From assembly GCF_024521635.1 (NCBI RefSeq), contig NW_026250416.1:124001-188000 (forward strand): 64,000 nucleotides of DNA, in the 5' to 3' direction. Shown here one piece after another: positions 1-13,704 of this stretch. The position numbers and the translations under genes were made by a program. The DNA is from Tricharina praecox. Lineage: Eukaryota. Positions within the stretch are counted from its first letter, which is position 1. Each line of letters opens with the position of its first letter. The notes beneath the pieces were generated by a model. The model did no database searches and had not been told where the DNA came from. It worked only from the letters and a program-made list of their open reading frames with translations.

Positions 1-13
1 GAGTATCCCGTAC

Positions 14-193
14 CATAGACTTCCCGAAGGATATCTTCAGGTCGGATCCATGCTTGAGCACCTCCTCCAAAACTAAGCCGTCGGCGAATGCGATCCGCAT
101 CGCCTGCAAGCCGTGAACGGCCGCCTTTCCGGTGCCCGAAGCCGGTATAGCGCCTAGAACGAGCCCGGATGACGGAACTTGTAGACCGGCCAT
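14..193 (-). CDS. First coding exon of a gene running off the window's left edge; possibly an ELL-like RNA polymerase II elongation factor
   Basis: ATG at 193 opens MAGLQVPSSGLVLGAIPASGTGKAAVHGLQAMRIAFADGLVLEEVLKHGSDLKISFGKSM (60 codons), followed by a GTACGG donor at 13. About 740 nt upstream lack ATG on this strand. The family call is from memory of fungal ELL-like N-termini only. Confidence 0.5.
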
Positions 194-2453
194 CACACTT
201 CGAGCGTTGTTGTAGCAAAAATTTCGAATCGCGTGGAACGTTCGTAAGGCGGCGGCAACGAGGGCGGTGGCGGCAACGACTGCGGCGGGTTGCGGCGGTA
301 GTGCTAACAGAAGTGGTGGTAGAAGCAGGTGAGGTCGAGACCGAGATCGATATCACTGGAGGGAGGGGGAGGGTGTGTCGCCTTTCGGGAGTATCCGCAC
401 TCCTCCGCGAGAACCCGCAACCAACAGAGGAGTTGACACGATGGTGGCCAGGGTTTCCGGGTCGGCGATGGGGTGAATACAGGAGATGTTTTTGGGAGTG
501 GTTGAAACTGGTATGTACGGGGAGGGTGAAGGCACTTGGAGGGTGGAGGTTGTGAGGTTGTAGGTTGAGCGAGAGAAACGGGTAGCTTGGAAGGGCGCGG
601 TGGAGTAGGTAGATGTTTAATTCCGATAAAGTTACGAGACGGTCTTTTGAAAAGCAACTGCAAAGTTCAAGTTTAGAGTGGGAGCACAAGCTTCCAAGAA
701 AGAAGCAAGGGAAAGAATGCAGGCAAGAAGGAAGGAAGGGGTAAATGGGCGGAGAGCGGGCAAGCGAATGAGAGAGAGTGTGTGTGGAGGGACGGAGGAG
801 GTGAGGAGGTGAATGGGATAAGATGGTAGCGGATGGGAGGCGGAGGAGCAAGGTTTTGGGGGGTGGGAGGAGGAGAGAGAGCAATGGATGGGATGTGTGG
901 AGGAGGGAACAAAAGACGGCGAGACGGCGAGCACATACCCAGCAACGAAGCCGCTGCCGCCCAGCACCAGCACCCGGCAACAAAACACTTCCCAACAACA
1001 CCCACCAGCAGCACCTACTTACTCAGCTACCTACCACCACCACCACCACCACCACCTCCTCCTCCTCCTCCACCACACCCTCTTGCACACCGCCTCATCC
1101 ATCGCGCAGGCACACACTACATCCTTACATTCCCTTCCGTTTCCCCCGGTCCCCGGGTCCCCACTCCCCTCGTTCCGCAAGCGGAACTGAGCAACGCACA
1201 TCAGGCACTCTTCCCTTCTATGTGCAGAGCACAAGTTGCGTATCCTACGCACCGTACTGGCTTGTTCTACACAGAGAACTCCACTTGCGCTCCACCTAAG
1301 GAAGTACCTAAGTAGGCGTGTTCTCCACCCCACAGGTTCAGATATTCAGCTACTGTTGATGCTTGGGGTGGCGGACACGTAAAACCAGCCCACTTCTTGA
1401 GCGTTCACGGTACATATGACCTGCCTAGTAAACCCTCGACGACTTGACAACCAATCAACACCACCACAACGATTAAATAAGACAAAAGAGCTCTACGGCC
1501 GGTAAGGTAAATAGGATATGAAACGACATGGAGCGCGGTTACTCACACGGGGTGTGGTTAAGACATAATTACGGGCAAAAGTAGAGCTTTTTTTCTTCTT
1601 CTTTTTGGGTAGAGCCGACCAACGGTGACCCATCACGCTAATTTTATAGGGTAATGCCAAGACCTGAGTGATGTAGCGTGACGGAGCCAAGTCCGCGGCG
1701 AGACTTCCTCCAGCTCTCTTCCTTGGCCAGGCCTTCCACCTTTCCACATCTCTAGAGCTCTCAAGGCTAGGAATGAGTCGTCGATGCCCAGAGTGGGGGA
1801 CATGCGTCATCACTCGGCTCCATTCGCGCGATCCAAGCAAACGCGTTATGCGCGGACCCCATCCCCCCGCACCAGCTCGGTTGATCGTGAGGCGGAATGC
1901 AAAAGCACCTCTGGAAGCTACCTTATTTTCCGGCATCGACAACCATTTTATGGGGACGTCAATGTGATCTTGATCTGTGCAGACTTTGCGTGTATACGTA
2001 GAGTAGACGTCCCACACTCTAACTTTACATTTCCCAATCCTACCGTACCTATCGTACATCGTACATACCGTACACACATACGCCTGTCGTCGTATGTACG
2101 CAACTATTCCAGACGCACACACACGCCACGCATCGTCCAGGATATCATCGGTAGGCAGGCAGGTAGAGTAGGTCTGGTACTCTATTCTTCCACACACCTT
2201 CATGTACTAGTACTACTGTAGGTACGGTATATGTAGGTCCGGTCAATCACTCAGCCAGCATCAGGTGATCAACGTCGTCGAGTCCTCAGAGTCCCCCGTT
2301 CTCCTCGGATCAAGTTCATCCTGTCCCAATTCATTCCCTCACACGCCAAGTCAAGCCTCAACCGGTGGTGGTCGAGGGACGGCGCCAAGTCAGAGTTGAC
2401 GGAATGCCAATCCGCGGAACGCTGTTGCTTGCGCGTACCAACTCGGTGGAGTG

Positions 2454-2507
2454 GGTGGTGGTGGTGGTGGTGGTGGTGGTGGTGGTGGTGGTGGTGGTGG
2501 TGGTGGT
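2454..2507. repeat. (GGT)18 microsatellite
   Basis: Perfect trinucleotide run read directly from the sequence. Confidence 0.95.
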
Positions 2508-5085
2508 ATGAATGTACCTGCTTACTTCCAGTCTTCCACGCCATTCCAAACAGCAGACCTGTTTCCGCAGAGTACCTACGGTAAGTAGCTGGACGACTGC
2601 ACTCTATCCATAGTAGACTCGAGTCTACCTACTCTAGTTACATACGGCGGACGATGTGGCTGCCTCCTCTTGGTGGGAACGTAAATTGCTCAAGGGCGCA
2701 GAGCTGGAGCGCAGAGAGCAAAGAAAGCAAAGCGAAGCACAAATGATAACAGCATACATATCATCACACACATATCACACATACATACCGTACATACACG
2801 CAACAACCACTCCAAAAAACACATGGCCTCGAACAAACGTCTTTTCTCTCTCTCTCTCTCTTCTCGGCTCCTCGACTGCATGCTGCACGCGCGAAATGCG
2901 GTTTAGTGGCTGAATGCGGATATGCGCGTAGCTCGATGAGGTTGGATGGCTTTGCTGGCGGATGGATGGACGGATGGGTGGAGGGTGGGTGGTGGAAGGG
3001 TGGAAGGGTGGGTGGTGGATGGGGCCATGGGTGGATGGGGCCATGGCCATGGATGGAAGGGCTTTTTCGGCGAGTTCCCGTCTGCACGACAAAGTCACAT
3101 CTCCATGCACCCATCCGGCTCGATGCTGAAGCAAGCACCCTCTTTTTCTCTCTGTCTCTTTCTCGAGTCGCACCCACACCCCGAAGGGCGTCGTACCTAC
3201 ATGTTCGTATATAGTACCCAATGTACTCGTACTCCTGTCGGCCGGCACTCGTCTCTTCTGGAGCATCCAAGTAAGTTACATACCGGAGTTTCCTCTCACT
3301 TCCGAATCTCCCCTTGAGAGTAAGAAACATGCGGTCGCTCGCCGTCCGTTTCGTACCCATTTGTGCACTATGCTACACACTTCCTACCCAGATGTAGACA
3401 CAGCAGATGCCCTCTTCGTTTCCTCGGGTTTGCTTGCCTGCTTTTAGCCTATCTTTCGTGCATGCGAACCCCGCAGCCCACCACCAGTACCACCACCACC
3501 ACCACCACCATTATCGCCTACGAACGACGGCGCAATAATGCCCCCCACCCCCACACTAGGAGCCGGTGTTTGGCGATGGATCGTGGGATGCAATCGAGAG
3601 TGGATGAAACAGTTTCGTGGACTAGTACGGTAAACTCGACAAACTTCCTCTCGCGGTCCACGGATGCAAGAGGAACAGAAATAGACGCCGATACGGCACA
3701 GACGAGGATGCGCCGCAAGATATAGGTATCGGCGCCTATGTATAGTACCTAGGACAACGCGGTGGCTTCCGTCGTTTGATGCAAGATGTTATCACTCATG
3801 TGAAGAGTATGTCCGTCCCCATTGGCTCTGGATGCAGTGCTATACACGGCCGCCTTCAAAGATCTTCCGCTTCTTCCCGAAAGCTGCGAAGATGCGAAAC
3901 AGCAGACAGACACTTCTCTTCTCCGGGCGCTCTCGGAGCTCGGAGCTCGGTCTGTTGTTCTCAAACGACCTCTCCGTAGGTAGTCCCTGCCGCCGCCGTA
4001 TACCTATACCCAGTAGATTGCATGATCTCGGACACCGTTCATGGTCTGTTTCGATCGGACTTGGCCAGAAACGAATCACGATGTCTTATCCGCAACCCCG
4101 CCAATTTCAAACAAGTTTCCGAAATAGAAGATAAACGTGGAGCATTTAGGTGTGGAAGTCGTCACTGACACTGACGGACGGCCGGGATTGCGTGCGTTGC
4201 GTGCGGGAAATGGAACCATCCCTCATGTATGTACCGACGCCTGTTCCCTATCCCGCCAAGAGTCGGTGCTCTGGCTACTGTCATAGAACTGTCTCAATGC
4301 CGAGCCCGCTGGATGTGTCTCAGTATCCGTCGACCCAGGTACCAACACCAGGCTTCTTCAAACTCCTTCAAACTCCGCCAAAGAAGACGTATGTAAAGCC
4401 CATTGTTGTGCAACCCTTTAAGTGGTTCCAGATGACATTGATAGGTACATACGAAGGACCATGAGTTCGCTTTGTTCCAGCGTGCCTTCCTTTGATAGAC
4501 GCGATGGACATCGATCAGACATTCAAGGATCGAGCCGATCTTTATATCGGGCAGGTGTCTGGCGTTTCAGCCTTCAGCCTTCGGCCTTCGGGGCCTGAAG
4601 GAAGAGTGAGCAGGCGTGTCTATGCTATGTATAATGTAACCGCAAACGAGGACGGTGTTATTCTTACATACCTTTTCGCGCTTGATCATTCATCCAGCTA
4701 CCGACCTCCTATGACCTAGAGTAGCTGTTCGGTTTACCGTGCCTTGTGTATCGTGTACACTACATAGTCGTAGTTAATCCCATTCGAGTGAGGTCTATCC
4801 GAACCCTCTCTGCCAGGCTTGGCGGGACTCTGCGCGTCTGACCATATTTCCGAGTCGAGATGACGGCGGACCATGGCGTGTCTGCGGGCTAGGGATCAGG
4901 CCTGTGGTCGCTGGTGGATGCCAAGGGGCCGCGGTTGCCCCGCACGTGATGGCAACGTTAGTGGACAACGCTAGGTGAGCTTCACGTCACCCGAACAACG
5001 CGCCGGACTGTCACGGCTCTACATACTATACACGCCCGCCACTCACGAATCATCACCACACCGTAATCTGTCTACTTCAGCCACG

Positions 5086-8000
5086 ATGTTTGCTGCCCCC
5101 CATACAGTAACAGAATGGGAACGATGCTAATAGATCGAACAGGTGTAAGTTCGCTTTTGGGCCGGTATGGGACGCAATAGCAATAGGTAGCTGATAGTTA
5201 CGGACGATTGCAGCGCGCATCGACAAGCTCGCCATCCTTGGGTATATATTAGACCATCCGGACGGCGATGAAATATCTGCTGAAAACCACTCCCTATGTA
5301 GTGTCCGGTCCTTCGACAACACGCGCACGGAGAGCATCCAGTTCCACACGCCGTTGACACTAATCGTGGGCTACAACGGGTCTGGGAAGACAACGATCAT
5401 CGAATGCCTCAAGTACGCGACGACGGGGGACCTTCCGCCGAACAGCAAGGGCGGCGCGTTCATCCACGACCCGAAGATGTGCGGCGAGAAGGAAGTGCTC
5501 GCACAGGTCAAGCTGTCGTTCAAGTCCATCAACGGCGCGAAGATGGTGTGTACGCGCTCGCTGCAGCTGACGGTTAAAAAGACCACAAGACAGCAGAAGA
5601 CGCTGGAGGGGCAGTTGCTGGTGGTGAGAAACGGCGAGCGATCGACTATTTCGTCGAGATGTGCCGAGCTCGATATGGTCATGCCGCAGTATCTAGGCGT
5701 GTCTAAGGCCGTGCTGGACTATGTCATCTTTTGCCATCAGGACGAGAGTCTGTGGCCGCTGAGCGAACCTGCGGCGCTGAAGAAGCGCTTCGATGAGATA
5801 TTCGAGGCGCTGAAATATACCAAGGCGATCGACAATATCAAGGTGTTGCGCAAAAAGCAGAACGAGGAGCTAGGCAAGCTCAGGATTCTGCTGGAGCAGT
5901 ATCGTACTGACAAAGATCGAGCGGAAAAGGTGTTTTTTTCATTTTTTACAACCGCTGAGTGTTGATTGGACTGTTCTGACGAGGCTATGTGCAGGCCAAA
6001 CGTCGATCGGACGAACTCCACGAAGAGATCGAAACGATGCGGGTAAGGGTCACGAATCTGAGTACCGAGCTGCAATCGATCGCACAAGAGCAAAAGACAC
6101 TATTCGAGACAGCTCGAGGCTTCGAGCACACGCTTGCCACGCTAGAAATGAAGCGGCAGGAAGCAGTTTCCAAGCAGTCGCACCTCCAAGAGCTGTCGCA
6201 GCACATGGACTTTCTGGAGGACTCTGACGAGAAGCTACACGAAATGCACGACGACTACGAGCGGAGATTGAGATCGTACGAACAGCACGTGCAGAACAAG
6301 AAGGCTGCGTACAACCAGTTGAAGGTCAAGCTGGAGCAGGTTAGAACACAGTTAGGAAATAAGCTTACCGAGGAGGGCCGCATCCAGGCCCAGAGGAAGC
6401 AGTACGAGGGCCAGCTGAGAGAGCGCGAGGACCTGGTCAGAGAGATCAGTGTCAAGCACGATATGAAAGGCTTCAGTGGAGAATTGGACGATGAGCAGAT
6501 TCAGGAGTTCATGGCTAAGATCACTCGCATGTCGCGAGATCAGGGCTTGGTTTTGGAGAGGATCAAGCGCGAAAACGAGAGTAGCATATCGTGGGCCCAA
6601 AACGACCTCAATGGTCTGGTGAATAAGAGAAGTTCGCTGCGGCAGAAGAAGGAATACGCACAATCGGAGATCAAGAACCTGGACAGGAAGGTCGCTGAAT
6701 ACAAACGGAATCTGGATTCCTTGAATGTGGACTCTGGACAGGAGGCGATGGCCAAGGATGATCTCAGCAAGAGGGAAATCCGTCTTGAGGAAGCCAGAGC
6801 CAAAGCTCAGGTGGCCGACAACGACGGCTCACTTCAAGTCGAGAACGCTAAACTACGGAAACTGGAAGAGGATGAAGGTTCTGTAACGGAGGAACTCTTC
6901 CAGGGATCGAAGAACGCAGAGCTCAGAGCCCAGTTGGCTATTCTCAAGCAGAACCTGGAGACCAGACAAAAGGTCTATGCTTCGTTGTAAGTGTAAACAC
7001 ATCATTGGTAGTCTGAGGAACTAGACTGATATAGCTAGAATCGCTGCGAAAAAGGACAAGATCGATAGTGTCGTTGGCAAGCGGTGGTCCGAATCAACAG
7101 TCGAGAAAGATCTACAAGCAGTTCTAGAGTCAGTGAATAATCTTTACCCCCATTATGAGCTCGCCGACTCACGTCTGGCAGTCAACGTGAGGAAGAACAG
7201 CAAGAAGCCATACGGCAACGTGAGATCGTGAATCAACAGGTTTCCCAAATCGACACAAAGCTCGGCATTGCAAAGGATTCGTTGAAGCGGAAGCAAGATG
7301 AGGCTTCTAGTAAATCATTGTGGATATCTCTTGATAGGACGGATTGCTGATGCGCTGCCACAGAATGCGAAGCGACGGTTGTGCAATCCTGGGAACTAGA
7401 AGACGGCACTACGAACAATGTAAACGACTATCCAGATGCCTTGAAAGATCTCGAGGCGCAGCGAGCGTCAGTACTCCTCATTTCCCCAAGTGACATCAAC
7501 TAAACTTCTTCAGGGCCTTCAAACAAGGAGAATTCATGCTCAATTATCTCAACTCCGCGGTAGCAGTGGCAGAGAGGAAGAACGCATGCGTTCTCTGCAG
7601 ACGTGGCTTCAAAGATGAGGACGAGAAATCTTCTCGGCTCACTGAGGTACCTAATCACCCGCTATTTCACGCTCCCGTTCAATTCACTTATGCCCGTTCG
7701 CAATATAGTTCAGGAAGCAGATCGAAAAGGTATTGAAAAATGCTGATGAGGAGGTTATCCGGGGATATGAAGAGGATATCGAAATCCTTCGCGAGGCGGG
7801 GCCAAGCTACGACTCGTACGTGCGACTCACGTCGATTGAGATTCCGGCGCTGGAGACAGAGATCAAACAGTACCAGAAGGCAAAGGAAAAGCTTCTCGAG
7901 CAGTACACCAAGGTGAGAACAATTCTTCCCCGAGCGATGCCATCAAACTGACATTTGTTCCGCAGCTCGACAAAATCGTCGATGACAAGTCCAATGCTAG

Positions 8001-9810
8001 TTCCGAAGTTCAGTCCCTGAGAGCTCCGGTGGCCGAGTTGGCCAGGTACAAACGAGAGATCGATGGCACGGAGGAAGAAATCAACAGCATGACGTTTTCC
8101 ATGACGGACATGGGCGGAACCCGTACGATCGAAGAGCTGCAAGAAGACAGCAAGCGGCTCAAGGAGAAAATCACTCGTGTCAAGAACCTTATTAGGAGTA
8201 TGGAACAGGACCGAGAGAACCGGCGGCAAAGCATCATTGGCTTGGAGCGCCAGGTCAACGATGCGCGCAAGAGACTGAACGACATCACCCTGCAGCTCGT
8301 TGATGTGCGCCAGCTCACCGAACGGATCGAAGAGTGTTCTGTGGCCAGAAGTCGACAGAATGCCGTGATCGACGAGGTTGATCGCGAACTGGAGAATCTT
8401 GCGCCCGATATCCTAGCCGCGGAGGCGCGACTGAAGGAAATCAGCCGCGAGTGCTCTGAGAAGGAGACGAAGCAGCAGCGAGATGCTGCCAAGCTTTCCC
8501 AGAGCGACATGAATCTGAAGAGCATCCAGCGAGGAATCTCCAATTACATCAACGAGGGAGGGCTGCATAGCCTGGAGGAATGCAGAGGACAGGTGCAACG
8601 TCTGAGAGCGGATGTCGAGCAGCTGGGTAACGATGTCACGGAGGCTAGCGATCTGGTGGCGAAACTCGAGAAGGAGGCCGTGACCACGCAAACTACCCAG
8701 CGCACCATCATCGAGAATCTACGGTACCGCAAGAACAAGGTCGAGCTCAAGAAGATCAAGCAGGAGATCAAGGAGCTGGAAGCCCAGCGTGCCGATGAGC
8801 AGAGAGAGCGCTTCGAGAAAAATGCGGAAATCCTTGCTAATAAGCACTCGAGGCTTTCCAGCGAGGTTCGTAACTTCCACCCCCATTCCATTCCATTACA
8901 CGGTTGACGGTGGTGCAGAGATCCGCACTCGTGGGAGAAATGAGGTCCAAGGATAAGCAGCTAGAGCAGCTCGTGGCGGACTACGCGACGGATTACGCAG
9001 ATGCCAAAGACAAGTACAAAGAGACTCTGGCCAAGGTACACACCACGACCAGCGCCACCAACGATCTGGGCAAGTATGGTGCTGCTCTGGACAAGTAGGT
9101 TTACAATACTTCCGACTTGAGCAAGACACTTTCGGCTGACCATACCCACCCAAGGGCCGTCATGAAGTACCACAGTCTGAAGATGGAGGAGATCAATCGC
9201 ATCATCGAGGAGCTGTGGAAATCGACATATCGGGGAACGGATGTCGACACCATCCTTATCAGATCCGACAACGAAACTGGAAAGGGAAATCGCTCCTACA
9301 ATTACCGTGTAAGTTGTCTAAAATATGCCCAGGCCACTTGGACCGGATCGACTGACTGGTTGGTTGGTTAGGTTTGCATGGTCAAGCAGGATGCCGAAAT
9401 GGACATGCGTGGGCGATGCAGTGCTGGACAGAAGGTTCTTGCCAGTATCATCATCCGTCTAGCACTGGCCGAGTGTTTCGGTATCAACTGCGGTGTGAGT
9501 ACTACCTGCTGCTGTCGATGAGAAGAGTTTTCAATTGCTGATTGATGCCTATCTATAACAGCTGATTGCGTTGGATGAGCCTACAACCAATCTGGACCAA
9601 GACAACATCCGATCTCTGGCACGGAGTTTGCACGAGATCATCAGGACGAGACAGTCGCAGGCCAACTTCCAGCTCATCGTCATCACCCACGACGAGGAGT
9701 TCCTCAAGGAGATGAACTGTCAGGACTACTGCGACAACTACTACCGCATCTCCAGGAATGACAGGCAAAAGTCGATCATTGGGATGCAGTCTATTGCGGA
9801 GGTGATCTAG
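5086..9810 (+). CDS. RAD50: DNA repair protein Rad50 (MRN complex ATPase), multi-exon
   Basis: N-terminus [17 protein letters not shown], Walker [11 protein letters not shown]-loop FCHQDES, long coiled coils, zinc hook CVLC (~7590), signature CSAGQKV, Walker B/D-loop [10 protein letters not shown]-loop ITHDEEF. GT-AG introns join all ORF pieces in frame; stop TAG at 9808-9810. Confidence 0.97.
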
Positions 9811-9888
9811 GCCAGGGGGTGATTACATGTTCGGGTATCTTGTACACTAGCTAGATGAAGAATATGGTGTATGTTGCGAAATGACCCT

Positions 9889-10504
9889 TCAGTCTTCCTC
9901 GTACGCCTCGTCGTCGCCAACGTACGGCAGGAAGCGGAAGTCCACAAAACTAGCCACCCCGCCCTCCTGCTCGATCATGAACTGCATACTGAGCACGCCG
10001 TGCCCATCTCCTCTGATACTAACCTTCGACGCAATAGCCATCGCCCTCGCCGCATTCTTGATCAGCGCAAACTTGTACCTGTCCACACACATCTCAGCAA
10101 ACTCCCCTTCCCACTTCCCACCACCCACCACCAACCACCAGCCACCATCAGCACTTACGTATTCAGCACCTCCTTATCGCACCTATAGCTCTGCAGCAGG
10201 GCCTTATCATTCAAGAACTCGACCTCGGTACTTCCCATAGCTCCAGCGGCACTGAGACTCAGCCCGCTGCGCTGCGGGCTCGCAGCAAGCGTTAGCCGCT
10301 CCGGCATCGACCCCTCTAGCTCCTGGATCGCGTCCTGAAGCCAGCTCGCTTTCATTATCACCTTGAGCGCGAGCGAGGATAAAGATAGCGGTATGTCCGC
10401 GATCTCCTCCGCCGGGTATGTCGATAGCGTGCATGTCGTTATGGTGCCGTTTTCTTCCAGCCTTTTCCATAAATCCAGCCGTCAGTCGGGGCCGGGCGGG
10501 GCGT

Positions 10505-10535
<31 letters not shown>

Positions 10536-11141
10536 GGGGCAAAGGGGGACGCACATCAAAGCGAGCGGAAACCCAACCCCACGGTACGAGATCCTGCAGG
10601 TCCCCGAGATCCTAAGCACCTGCTGATCGAACGCGGAGCTGTGCGGCGCCGCGGCGCCGGCAGAGTGCCACTTCTCGCGCTCGCGCTCGGCGCCAAAGAT
10701 CTGTAGGCACTCTAGCAGCGAGGCGAACGAGATGCCGAAGCTTACTGTGCTCGTGCTGCTGCTGGTGGTGGAGGTGGTGGTTTCGCTGGGCGGCGGCGTG
10801 AAGGTGTAGCTGCTGAAGAGGTGGCGGTCGACGAGGATGTGCCCTGGGTGGTGGGTGTTAGGGAGGGCGAAGGGGGGGCAGAGGAGAGGGGGCAGGTCCA
10901 GACCTTGCATTACACGGCTGTCTTCAACGGTTACTTTGATCCCTTCCGCGAGAAGCTCCATCTGTGCTCGCGGTTGGAAGCCGCAGCATTTTAGCAGGTT
11001 GAAGAGTTGGCGGGCGGAAGTGGTTGTTGCGCTGAAGATTGGCGATATGGAGGGGGTTGCTGGTGTAGCTTGGGTGGGGATTGCTTGTGTGGGTTGAGTA
11101 CGTTGAGTACGTTGGGTACGTTGGGTGGGTTGGGTGGACAT
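9889..11141 (-). CDS. RAD1: Rad1/Rec1/Rad17(Sc) family 9-1-1 checkpoint clamp subunit, 4 exons
   Basis: Motifs IFSATTTSARQLFNLLKC, GIKVTVEDSRVMQGH, SLLECLQIFG, KVIMKASWLQDAIQEL, ARAMAIASKVSIRGDGHGVLSMQFMIE and FVDFRFLP. Introns at 10844-10903, ~10461-10554 and ~10079-10158. Confidence 0.93.
10505..10534. repeat. G30 homopolymer inside RAD1 intron 2
   Basis: 30 consecutive G on the + strand (poly-C in the RAD1 pre-mRNA). Confidence 0.9.
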
Positions 11142-11358
11142 TGTTGCGGTGGGACATTGCGGTGGTAGTTTGTACAGCTTGGGTTGGGAACTGGGAAGAC
11201 GCGTATGGGATGGATGACGTGGTATCAATTCAATCTCCCTCTTTCCACCCAACGACACAGTACGATAAGACACAAACGACCAACGAAACGAAACAAATAC
11301 GAGATGAAGCAACCGGTTACTCCATTATCCCTCTGTCTTCCACTTCTCCACAGCTTGT

Positions 11359-11776
11359 CTATACGTATACGCCGACCGCACAAATCAGAAACACTGCACC
11401 GAAGCTATGTCTCGGTCAGCGGATGTCCGGTGGTAGTAGTAGTAGCAACCGGCAGTGGGGTTCATACGCGAACGATAGCGACGCCGGAATGGCAAGTAGC
11501 GGAGCGATAGCGATGGATTTGTCTGCGAACGAGGGTTAGAGGTAGTCTCTGTAAATAGTGGTGATATTTCAGACATACTCAGCGAGAAGAAGCCGGTAAG
11601 ACAAATTCCTACAATTCCATAGCGTCGTCATCAGCATAAATCCCCGACTTGAGAAGCTCCGGCTGGTAATGCGAACCAAGAGCCATGAGTATGAAAGCGG
11701 CGGGGAACTGCTGGCTCTTCGAGACCAGCGGCTCAAAGGGGATGAGGTTGTCCCAGTCGTAATCCATGTTTGCCAT
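11359..11776 (-). CDS. OST5: Oligosaccharyltransferase subunit Ost5/TMEM258, 76 aa, 4 exons, absent from the ORF track
   Basis: Manual splice gives MANMDYDWDNLIPFEPLVSKSQQFPAAFILMALGICLTGFFSLNKSIAIAPLLAIPASLSFAFGAVFLICAVGVYV*. It has two hydrophobic helices and the family-typical C-terminal GVYV. All three introns are GT-AG with CTRAY branch points. Confidence 0.88.
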
Positions 11777-12132
11777 TGTTGTGTTGCGTGGGTTGTGGGG
11801 TTGTGTTTGTCGAGGGCTGGTTTGGGTTGTGAACTTGAATGGAGAGCTCTCGTGTCTTCAGGACACGGAACAACTTTCGGTTAGGTTGGGCCAGCCGCGA
11901 GCTAAGGCTTGGTGCGGGCTTGGCAGGAACGCGCTCTATGGTACATTAGTAGTGAGCACGCGAAGCCTACACTGGAACCTGGAATCGAAGCATCGGGTTG
12001 ACCCCTCAACCTCCGCGACAACGACAGGTTCGATCATTCAACGACATTTGAGTGAGACACCATATACGGGCGCATTTAATACCTCTATCTAGCCGCATTC
12101 CCTACACGTCGCATTCCTGCGGCGCAATCATC

Positions 12133-13704
<1,572 letters not shown>

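Noticed and set aside
823-2584. ORFs with poly-Pro, His, Thr or Trp runs
   Set aside because: Products of (CCA/GGT)n microsatellites with no family features.
3363-4719. Chain of short + strand ORFs and intron-like motifs upstream of RAD50
   Set aside because: I could not splice them into a coherent protein and saw no recognisable motif. A lncRNA or orphan gene cannot be excluded.
5115-5144. ATGs at 5115/5124 as the RAD50 start
   Set aside because: Splicing from the 5145 donor puts them out of frame with RIDKLAILG, and the segment carries a branch site and CAG acceptor typical of an intron end.
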